In this document: positions 20,451 through 29,300 of the stretch, piece by piece
Layout of the letters: each line of letters begins with the position of its first letter
How positions within the stretch are numbered: the stretch's first letter is position 1
Source of the DNA: Pedosphaera sp.
GTDB taxonomy: Bacteria > Verrucomicrobiota > Verrucomicrobiia > Limisphaerales > SIBH01
Reading direction: 5' to 3'
DNA length: 64,000 nt
Assembly (NCBI GenBank): GCA_031414955.1
Contig: JANOQV010000305.1
Span: forward strand, 15,885 to 79,884
Translations under genes and position numbers: made by a program
The notes under the pieces: model-generated
Told to the model about the DNA's origin: nothing
The model's input: the letters and a program-made list of their open reading frames with translations, nothing else
Database searches by the model: none

Positions 20451-20981
20451 TCAGCTTTTGCGATTTCTGTTTTGGCCCTCCATGAACTCCACCATCGTCC
20501 TGGCGAACGGCGCGAGGTCGCGTGGGGTGCGACTGGAGATTAGATTGCCATCCACTACGACCGGCTCGTTCACCCAGATCCCGCCGGCATTCTCCAGGTC
20601 GTCCTTGATGCCGAGCGATCCAGTGACGCGCCTGCCTCGCAGAATTTTCGCCGAGATGGGAATCCAGCCGCCGTGACAGATGAACGCCACCAGCTTTCCT
20701 TGCTCAAAGAATTCGCGCGTGAGCGAGAGCACCTTCGCGTCGCGGCGCAACTTGTCCGGCATGAATCCGCCAGGAATCAGCAGGCCGCAATAATCCTGGC
20801 TGCGTGCGTCCGCCAGGAGCAGATCGCTCGTGGCCGGGTAGCCGTGCTTGCCGGAGTAGGTGCGAATTTCCGGCGCGGCCAGGCGCATGGCATAACCCGC
20901 CTCCTGCACTCGCAGCAGCGGATACCACAATTCCAAATCCTCGTAGATGTCGTCCACGAAGGTGAGCAGTGTCATTGACAT
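20451..20981 (-). CDS. PfpI/DJ-1 family (type 1 glutamine amidotransferase-like) protein
   Basis: YEDLELWYP, LLIPGGFMPDKLR, AFICHGGW and NLISSRTPRDL motifs. Confidence 0.9.
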   Translation of the reverse strand: MSMTLLTFVDDIYEDLELWYPLLRVQEAGYAMRLAAPEIRTYSGKHGYPATSDLLLADARSQDYCGLLIPGGFMPDKLRRDAKVLSLTREFFEQGKLVAFICHGGWIPISAKILRGRRVTGSLGIKDDLENAGGIWVNEPVVVDGNLISSRTPRDLAPFARTMVEFMEGQNRNRKS

Positions 20982-21397
20982 GCGGAGAGTCATGGCCAAA
21001 TGCGCCCAATGCGCAAGCCGCGACAACTCAACCTGAGCGTTCGTGAAAAAGGCCGAAATGTTCTCGCCATATCTTCCTTCGCCCCATTGGAATCAAGGGC
21101 ATCCGACCAAACGGTGAGAGTTGACTGGCGCGTTGATGTGCGCGTGCTAATTTGCTCCATGAAACTCCGCGCAAGTCACGCTGCGAATTTCAGACTCACC
21201 AGGTCAGGATGCCTTGGTGATGTTCAAGTCACTTTCCTGAACATTTTTCTGGCGTTGTCCCACGTCCCTCATTATCTACGCTCCATCCTCAACAGGTTGT
21301 GCCCACCTCAGGTGGGTTGCCACAGCCTGTGGTGGATCAAGTCCCGGCAATGTAGGACAGAGGAATTTGCGGTTTTGGGTCTGTGCGGACTCTGGCT

Positions 21398-21694
21398 ATG
21401 CAAACAATCTTGATAGGAATTGGATGCGTGTGGGTGGTAGCGGCAAGCGCGTTTCTCATCGCGATTTGCCGGGCCGCTCGTCGTCCCACCCCCGGTCCTG
21501 AAGCGGAGGGCATTCCGGATGTTCGACCGCCTCTCGCACTTTCCGCCGATTCATCTGCTCAACTCGCATCGGGACTTCAGGATGATTTCAGTGAGTCCAG
21601 GCAAAATCCTCGCACGGTCGTGGTTCCCTCCGTTACCCCTCAGCCGCAACGGGAGGAATCGGTTCTTCGCCAGGCTCCAAACGGGGCGGCCTAA
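21398..21694 (+). CDS. Small hypothetical membrane-anchored protein
   Basis: ATG followed by a hydrophobic helix ILIGIGCVWVVAASAFLIAIC, a basic RAARR and a low-complexity tail. Confidence 0.5.
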   Translation: MQTILIGIGCVWVVAASAFLIAICRAARRPTPGPEAEGIPDVRPPLALSADSSAQLASGLQDDFSESRQNPRTVVVPSVTPQPQREESVLRQAPNGAA

Positions 21695-21901
21695 GACTTC
21701 CGGGACTCTGACTTTGGCAACCTCTTCCGCTCGGTGAATTAGACTCCTGGTTGGCCCGTTCCAGCAATTGCTTATGCCCGTGCTTTGCAATTGATGGGAC
21801 CGATTCAACTTGCGCCCATGCGTATACTCTTGCGTTGCGCGTTGACGCTCCGAGCCGGCAGTAGATAAGTTGCGCCCCGTTCGCCGCTCACGGCAGACTC
21901 A

Positions 21902-22684
21902 ATGAATCTTTTTTTACGGATCTGGAATTCGTCGCTTGGGAAGAAATACATCATGGCCCTCACCGGGGTCGCACTGTTGATTTTCGTCCTCGGGCACCTC
22001 ATCGGCAACTTGCAGGTTTTCGGCCCGCCGGAACTCATCAACACCTATGCGCACTTTTTGAAGTCCAAGCCCGGTCTGCTCTGGGGCGCTCGGCTTGGAC
22101 TGCTCGCACTCGTCGCCCTGCACATCGCTTCGGCCGTCGCGCTTTCGTCACTCAACAAAGCTGCTCGGCCCGAACCGTACGCGGGCCAGTCGGCATACGG
22201 CTCCAAGGCCCAGTCGCGCTACACGCTGGTGAGCGGTTTGGTCATTGCGGCTTTCGTGGTCTATCACCTCGCACACTTCACCGCACTATTGCCGGGCATC
22301 AATGGCGTCGGCGATTTCCGCAAGCTGACCACCGTGCTGCATGGCGAGACGGTCCCGGATGTTCACGCGATGATGGTCCTGGGCTTCCAAGTTTGGTGGG
22401 TCGCGCTGTTTTACCTCGTCGCGCAGGCGTTGCTGTTCATGCACTTGAGCCACGGCGTGGCGTCGATGTTTCAATCGCTCGGCTTCCGCAATCATGTCTG
22501 GTGGCCGCGCGTCACCTTGCTGGCGAAAGTGGCGAGCATCGCGATTTTTGCCGGTTATGCAGCCATTGCCATCGGGCTTTTCATGCGGCTGGGCATCGAT
22601 CCTGATTACGTGCGGAACAAGCAAATCGAGGCGGAGACCGTCGGAGTTTCCCCCCTCGCTACGGCCGGAAAGGAGACGAAGTAA
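21902..22684 (+). CDS. sdhC: Succinate dehydrogenase cytochrome b558 subunit
   Basis: [20 protein letters not shown] and [14 protein letters not shown] motifs; 5 TMs; upstream of sdhA. Confidence 0.92.
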   Translation: MNLFLRIWNSSLGKKYIMALTGVALLIFVLGHLIGNLQVFGPPELINTYAHFLKSKPGLLWGARLGLLALVALHIASAVALSSLNKAARPEPYAGQSAYGSKAQSRYTLVSGLVIAAFVVYHLAHFTALLPGINGVGDFRKLTTVLHGETVPDVHAMMVLGFQVWWVALFYLVAQALLFMHLSHGVASMFQSLGFRNHVWWPRVTLLAKVASIAIFAGYAAIAIGLFMRLGIDPDYVRNKQIEAETVGVSPLATAGKETK

Positions 22685-22685
22685 C

Positions 22686-24647
22686 ATGGTTACGCTCAAT
22701 TCGAACATACCGGCCGGTCCGCTTGACCAGAAGTGGGAGAGCCACAAGTTCTCCACCAAGCTGATCAACCCGGCCAATAAGCGTAAGTACAAGATCATCG
22801 TCGTGGGTGCGGGCCTGGCCGGCGCATCGGCGTCAGCCACGCTCGCGGAACTCGGCTACGAGGTTCACAACTTCGTCTTCCACGATTCACCGCGTCGCGC
22901 GCACTCGGTCGCGGCGCAGGGCGGCATCAATGCGGCGAAGAATTACCAGAACGATGGCGACTCGGTGCATCGCCTCTTCTACGACACGATCAAAGGCGGC
23001 GACTTCCGCGCGCGCGAGGCGAACGTGCATCGTCTCGCGGAAGTGTCGGTCAACATCATCGACCAGTGCGCGGCGCAGGGCGTGCCGTTCGCGCGCGAGT
23101 ACGGTGGCTTGCTCGACAACCGTTCCTTCGGCGGCGCGCAGGTGAGCCGCACGTTCTATGCGCGTGGTCAGACGGGCCAGCAGCTGTTGCTCGGTGCTTA
23201 TTCGGCGCTGAACAAGATGATCGGAAACGGCGGCGTAAAATCTTACACGCACGCCGAGATGCTCGACCTCGTCGTGGTGGATGGCCACGCCAAGGGCATC
23301 ATCGTCCGCAATCTTCAGACCGGCGAAATCACGCGCCACAACGGCGACGCCGTGGTGCTGGCGACCGGCGGTTACGGCAACGTCTACAACCTCTCGACCT
23401 ACGCGCGCGGTGCGAACGTCACGGCGGGCTGGCGGGCCTACAAGCGCGGCGCGTGCTTCGCCAATCCGTGCTACACGCAGATTCATCCGACATGCATTCC
23501 GGTGAGCGGCGATTACCAGTCGAAGCTCACGCTGATGAGCGAGTCGCTCCGCAACGACGGCCGCGTGTGGGTGCCGAAGAGGAAAGAGGATTGCGGCAAG
23601 AAGCCGGCGGACATCGCCGAGGGCGACCGCGATTACTATCTGGAGCGGATGTATTCGGCGTTCGGCAATCTCGCGCCTCGCGACATCGCTTCACGCGCAG
23701 CCAAGACCGTGTGCGACGAAGGTCGCGGCGTGGGCGAGACGGGCCTGGGCGTCTATCTCGATTTCTCCGCCGCCATCGCGCGGCTCGGCGAGTCCAAGGT
23801 GCGGGAGCGTTACGGCAACCTCTTCGCGATGTATCACGAGATCACGAACGAGAGCGCCTATCAGACACCGATGCGCATCTATCCCGCCGTGCATTACACG
23901 ATGGGCGGACTGTGGGTGGACTACAATTTGATGAGCAACGTCCCTGGCCTCTTCGTGCTGGGTGAGGCGAACTTCTCCGACCACGGCGCGAATCGTCTCG
24001 GTGCGAGCGCGCTCATGCAGGGTTTGAGCGACGGCTACTTCGTGTTGCCTGCGACGATCTCCGGCTACCTCGCGTCGCAGAATCCAGGCAAGCGTCCCGC
24101 GACGGACAACGCCTCGTTCAAGGAAGCGGAGGAGAATGTTCAAACGCTCACGAAGCGGATGCTCGGCAACAAAGGCAAGCGCACTCCCGACAGCTTCCAC
24201 AAGGAACTCGGCAAGCTGATGTGGGATCACTGCGGCATGGCGCGCAACAAGGCGGGCCTGGAGAAGGGCATCGCGTCCATCAGCGCGTTGCGTGAGGAGT
24301 ATTGGAAGAACGTCAACGTGTCCGGCGAGGCGGCGGACTGGAATCAATCCCTCGAACGCGCCGGGCGCATCGCGGACTTCATCGAGCTGGGCGAACTCAT
24401 GTGCCGCGACGCGCTCATGCGCGAGGAAAGCTGCGGCGGCCATTTCCGCGAGGAGTATCAATACACCGCCGCCGATCCCGAGACGCAGCAGGGTCTCGTG
24501 AACCCCGGCGACGTGAAGCGCCGCGACGATCAGTTCGCTTTTGTGGCTGGCTGGGAATTCGCCGGTGCGGCGGACAAGGCGCCCATTCTGAACAAGGAAC
24601 CGCTCATCTATGAAGAGGTTCACATGAGCACGCGGAGCTATAAGTGA
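22686..24647 (+). CDS. sdhA: Succinate dehydrogenase/fumarate reductase flavoprotein subunit
   Basis: [48 protein letters not shown] and [10 protein letters not shown] motifs. ATG at 22686. Confidence 0.96.
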   Translation: MVTLNSNIPAGPLDQKWESHKFSTKLINPANKRKYKIIVVGAGLAGASASATLAELGYEVHNFVFHDSPRRAHSVAAQGGINAAKNYQNDGDSVHRLFYDTIKGGDFRAREANVHRLAEVSVNIIDQCAAQGVPFAREYGGLLDNRSFGGAQVSRTFYARGQTGQQLLLGAYSALNKMIGNGGVKSYTHAEMLDLVVVDGHAKGIIVRNLQTGEITRHNGDAVVLATGGYGNVYNLSTYARGANVTAGWRAYKRGACFANPCYTQIHPTCIPVSGDYQSKLTLMSESLRNDGRVWVPKRKEDCGKKPADIAEGDRDYYLERMYSAFGNLAPRDIASRAAKTVCDEGRGVGETGLGVYLDFSAAIARLGESKVRERYGNLFAMYHEITNESAYQTPMRIYPAVHYTMGGLWVDYNLMSNVPGLFVLGEANFSDHGANRLGASALMQGLSDGYFVLPATISGYLASQNPGKRPATDNASFKEAEENVQTLTKRMLGNKGKRTPDSFHKELGKLMWDHCGMARNKAGLEKGIASISALREEYWKNVNVSGEAADWNQSLERAGRIADFIELGELMCRDALMREESCGGHFREEYQYTAADPETQQGLVNPGDVKRRDDQFAFVAGWEFAGAADKAPILNKEPLIYEEVHMSTRSYK

Positions 24648-24653
24648 AGAAAA

Positions 24654-24680
24654 CTTGAGGTCACAAATTGTGACCTCAAG
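24654..24680. repeat. Perfect 13-bp-arm palindrome upstream of the ORF6N gene
   Basis: cttgaggtcacaa-a-ttgtgacctcaag. Related copies lie at 24895-24917 and 24980-25006. Confidence 0.85.
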
Positions 24681-24689
24681 ATTCAAACC

Positions 24690-25343
24690 ATGAGCAAATC
24701 CACCCTCATCCCAGCCGAGCGCATCGAGCGCCGGATTCTGTTCCTGCGTGGACAGAAGGTGATGCTGGATTTCCAGTTGGCGGAGCTTTACGAGGTTGAG
24801 ACCAAGGCGTTGAACCAGGCGGTGAAGCGGAACCTTGAACGGTTCCCGGAGGACTTCATGTTTCAGCTTTCCGAGGAGGAGGCGGAACTGATCTTGCGGT
24901 CACAAATTGTGACCACATCCGATTCAGGACAGCCAGTTTCTCAAGAATCCATAGATAAAGCCTCACAATCCGACAGAAGGATGTGGTCACAATCTGTGAC
25001 CACATCAGCCAGCAGGCGGCGTGACAGCCATCGTCCTTACGCCTTCACCGAACAAGGCGTCTCCATGCTCTCCAGCGTCCTGCGCAGCCCGCGCGCGGTG
25101 CAGGTCAACATCGCCATCATGCGGACGTTCGTGCAGCTCCGGCAGATGCTCGCCTCGAACGCCGGACTGGCCCGCAAGCTCGCGGCGCTGGAGGCGAAGT
25201 ATGACGAGCAATTCAAGATTGTCTTCGATGCCATCCGCGAGTTGATGGCTGCACCGCCGCCTTTGACGGGCGGCGAAATGGGCTTCCACACTTTAATGCC
25301 TGGCAAGACGGTGAAGAAAATTTCACGCAAACGATCCTCATGA
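24690..25343 (+). CDS. ORF6N domain (KilA-N-like) DNA-binding protein
   Basis: [46 protein letters not shown] and [32 protein letters not shown]. Confidence 0.92.
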   Translation: MSKSTLIPAERIERRILFLRGQKVMLDFQLAELYEVETKALNQAVKRNLERFPEDFMFQLSEEEAELILRSQIVTTSDSGQPVSQESIDKASQSDRRMWSQSVTTSASRRRDSHRPYAFTEQGVSMLSSVLRSPRAVQVNIAIMRTFVQLRQMLASNAGLARKLAALEAKYDEQFKIVFDAIRELMAAPPPLTGGEMGFHTLMPGKTVKKISRKRSS

Positions 25344-26116
25344 AAGTAACTCTCAAAGTCTGGCGGCAAAAGAACGCCCACACCGCCGGCCAGTTCAAGA
25401 CCTACACTTCGCCCACGCTGAACGAGAATATGTCGTTCCTCGAAATGCTCGACGTGGTGAACGAAGATCTCGCCAACAAGGGCGAGGAGCCGATCGCGTT
25501 CGACCACGATTGCCGCGAAGGCATCTGCGGCACCTGCTCGCTCGTCATCGACGGCAAGCCGCACGGACCGCACAAGGGCGTGGCGACGTGCCAGACCTAC
25601 ATGCGCAGCTTCAAGAATGGCGACGAGATCGTCGTCGAGCCGTTCCGCGCGAAGGCCTTTCCGATCATCAAGGATCTGGTCTGCGACCGGCAGGCGTTCG
25701 ATCGCATTCAACAGGCCGGCGGGTTCATCAGCGTGCGCACGGGCGCAGCGCCGGACGCGAACTCGATTCCGGTGCCGAAGGAGGACGCCGATCTCGCGAT
25801 GGACGCCGCGCAGTGCATCGGCTGCGGCGCGTGCGTGGCGGCGTGCAAGAACGCCAGCGCGATGCTCTTCGTGGCGGCAAAGGTGTCGCATCTCGGCCTG
25901 ATGCCCCAAGGCCAGCCGGAGCGATACAAGCGCGTGAAGTCGATGGTGGACCAGATGGACGCCGAAGGCTTCGGCGGCTGCACGGTGACCGGAAGTTGTG
26001 AAGCCGTTTGCCCCAAGGAAATCTCGCTCGATTTCATCGCCCGCATGAATCGCGACTACGCCGTGGCTTTGCTCAAGGGTGAACCGAAGGCGATGAAGGC
26101 GGGCGGCGCGGGTTAA
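25340..26116 (+). CDS. sdhB: Succinate dehydrogenase iron-sulfur subunit
   Basis: [20 protein letters not shown] and [12 protein letters not shown] clusters. Confidence 0.95.
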   Translation: MKVTLKVWRQKNAHTAGQFKTYTSPTLNENMSFLEMLDVVNEDLANKGEEPIAFDHDCREGICGTCSLVIDGKPHGPHKGVATCQTYMRSFKNGDEIVVEPFRAKAFPIIKDLVCDRQAFDRIQQAGGFISVRTGAAPDANSIPVPKEDADLAMDAAQCIGCGACVAACKNASAMLFVAAKVSHLGLMPQGQPERYKRVKSMVDQMDAEGFGGCTVTGSCEAVCPKEISLDFIARMNRDYAVALLKGEPKAMKAGGAG

Positions 26117-26344
26117 TCAGCGCGCGGCTGGTTCGTTGCTGGGCAAGGTGATTGCTCCTCGATGTTGGCGCCTTCATTCTGTGCCAAGGATTGTTGATCC
26201 AAGTTTCCTGCCCCAGACAAACCGGACGAACGCTACATTTCCCCGCCCGCACGGTGGTTCACGCATTTGCCTGGCCGCCTGAATGGGGGCAGACGGGAGG
26301 TGAACGGCCCGCCTCGCAGGGCCAGGCCTGGTCACCCGCGCCGA

Positions 26345-29300
26345 TCAATCGAATCTCACTACCGTGTAGTAGCGTTGCGGCTGCGCAGTTGGATCGCTGA
26401 GACTGGTGCTCGGGTTGGCCGCGACGAAGTCACGATCCAGTTGCACCCACATCAGCGCGTCCACGGTGTCCTTGTAATAGACCCGATAGGTGCGGCCCGG
26501 GATGGTGTCGAAGGTGAAGGTGGTCTGCCCATCCACGCGCGCGGCGGAGTAGATGATGGAACCGGGCGTGCCGGCGTTGTTGGTGCTGACGGAGTTGGTG
26601 CTGACCACGGTGATGAGAAAGGAGACGGAGTTGCTGCGTGGAGGCACGCCGTTGTCCACGGCGGTGATGACCGTCGGGAATTCACCCAAGGTCGTGTTGG
26701 TCCCGCGCAGGACACCGCCGGAGAGGACGCTCGAATGGGGCGGCAGTTGATCGCCGATGTAAATCAGCGCGTTCGTGTCGGGGTCGGTGGCGCGCACGGT
26801 GACGCTCAGGATTTGCCCGAGCAAGACCGTGCGGTTGGTGATGACGGGGAAGAAGGGCGGCGTGTTGTAGTTGGTCACGGAGTTTGGCCCGCGTGGAGTG
26901 GGGCGAAACATGGTGGACTTGTAGCTCGCCCCGTCGGTGTAACGGCCTTCGGCCACATCGGCGAGTTGCGCGCCGTAGCTGATCGAATCCACCAGCGTCA
27001 CGCCATCCGGAGCGTAGAGACCGATGTAGCCGGAGCTGCTCCCGAGCTGGAAGTTCACATGCAGGTCGATGAGCAGGGGGCTGTTTTCGCTGGCCTCGTT
27101 GTCGGCCCACACCAGGAAAAACGCACCGGGAACCAGGCGATAGCGTCCGTTGTTCGGCACGCGGTACTTGGTCGGGTTCAAGGCGTCGTCGGTCAGGTAA
27201 TAATTGCCCAGATCCACGAGAGTGCTCTCGGCGTTGTAGACTTCGAACCAATCGTCGTAATCCCCGGAGGGAGTGGCCGGGTCCCGCGCGCCGCTGGTGT
27301 TCCGGGCCACCCACTCGTTGATGAAAACACGCCGGACCGGCGAAGTGTTGGTGCCAGCGGGAGTGGGATGGGACAGCACCGCGCGGCTGGCCATCTGGCC
27401 GTCCTGCGTCCCGCCATAGGAAGTGTTCACACCGAGCCTGGACCAGGCGAGGTAGTCCACGATCTGCGGTTGGGCGCTAACGAGTCGCGTCAACGCCAGC
27501 ACTCCGTTGTATCCGAGGCGGAAGCCTGTGTGCCAGTCGAGGGCTGTCGTCTGGAGCGGTTGGCCATCGGCCCAGACCAGTTTGTGTTCGCCAGGATTGA
27601 TGACGGTGCCGGGAGGAAAGGCCCACGCCGTCAGGTTGGTGGTGAAATTGTTCGCCAGAAAATAACCATCGAGATTCAAAGGTGCCGCTCCGCTGTTGAA
27701 AATCTCCACCCACGGGTCGCGCTCCCCGAAGTTGTCGAGCGGCCCATTGATGCTCTCGACCTGGACCTCATTGAGCCAGAGCGGATCAAACGCCGGCACC
27801 AGCGCGGCGGCGATGGAGTTCACGGCTCCAGGCGTGGCCCGGGTGATCAGGTCGTAGGCCCAGTTGGGCGGGCGGCCGTTGTCCTGATTGATGTCGATCA
27901 ACTGGAGCGAAGAGCCGGGCACGGCCCCAGGCCAGGGCGAGGCGATTTCGTAGCGCACCGCGTCCACCAGCACGTCGCCGGCGAGATTGGTGCGGACAAT
28001 GGAGACAAGCTGGCCGGTGGGCGAAAGGCTGCCGCTGAAAGTTCCGAAGATGGGGACGCCAGGATGAAGCAAGCGGAAGATCGACTGGTCGCGGACCAGC
28101 ACGAGGATCTGGCCGTTGGTAATCATGGAGCGGGCTGGGAAGGCATAGTTCAACTCTGGCACACGCCATCCAGTCAGGGAGAAAACCAGCCCCGAGTTGT
28201 TCACGATCTCGATGAACTGCGCGTTCGGATTGGCCGGCGCAGACATGATCTCGTTGAGCACAATCGCGCCCGAGGGATCGAGCACCGGCCCGGTGTATTC
28301 CACGGCAAAAGTTTGCACCGCGTTGGAAAGTGCGATGCCAAAACGGTCGAAGCCTTGGAGCGTAAAGATGTTCGTCCCCGCGTCCAGCACCACGCGTAGG
28401 GTGAAGGTGGTGGCGCTGCTCCAGGTGATGGGATAGGCCGCGCCGTTGAGCGTGATGGTTTTAATTTCGACCGGCGCGGTGCCATTGATGATGTACAGAT
28501 TGTTGGTCGTGCTGGAGTAAGGCGGCGCATCCACCGCGAACACGGCGTCCACGCTGGTGAGTTGGCTTTGCAGATAGGCGCTGCGGGCCCCGATGTAATT
28601 CTTGATCATCGTCACCGCGTTCAGGTCGATGTCGATGTTGTTGGTCAGGAGCGCGTTGACGCGGGCGTCGATGAACGGATCGAGATGGGCGTTGTTGAAT
28701 GGCCCGTTCACCAAATCCCGGAACGCGCGCCAGTAGGCCCGCTGGATGGCGGGCGTGTTGTACATGGCGGCGATGCGCGGATCGCTGGTCTCGAAGAGCG
28801 GTTCGTTGGCGGGCCGTCCCAGGCCGAGCGAGTAGTCGATGTCCCACGGCATGTGCGCGAAGCCCAGCGCGGTGCGGTAGAGGTAATCATTCTTGCCCCG
28901 GTTCCAGCCGTAGCTGTCGAAGTTGCCCACGGCGCGCTGCACGGCGAAGTGCCGCATCCACGCCTCGTAATCCGCCGCCGTGGCGAAGACCTCGGGATCG
29001 ACGGTGGCGCTGTTCGGATTGTCGGAGGGACTGGCTGCGTCGATGAGAGCGAAGATGGTCGAGTAGTCGTTGGCCGAATTGCCCACGCCCACCGAGCGTT
29101 TGCGGAACATGAACCGGTAGGGCGCGGGCACGAACGTCTGGAGGCCGTTGAGCTGAATGGTCCGGCGGGTCATGTCGGCGTCGTTGTAGGTGTTGACATC
29201 GAAGCCGTTGCTGCCGAACTCGAACCAGTCCTCGACCTTGAACAACTGGCCTCCGGCGTCGTTCGGATACCACTCGGCCACCACGTCGCCGTTGGGTTGC

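Noticed and set aside
21000..21413. 137-aa ORF in the spacer
   Set aside because: Atypical composition, overlaps its neighbour and shows no family signal.
26267..28399. 710-aa plus-strand ORF and other long antisense ORFs (5377-7197, 36757-37995, 44453-45877, 62831-63646)
   Set aside because: These are shadow ORFs opposite well-supported genes, as expected at high GC, and carry no recognisable motifs.
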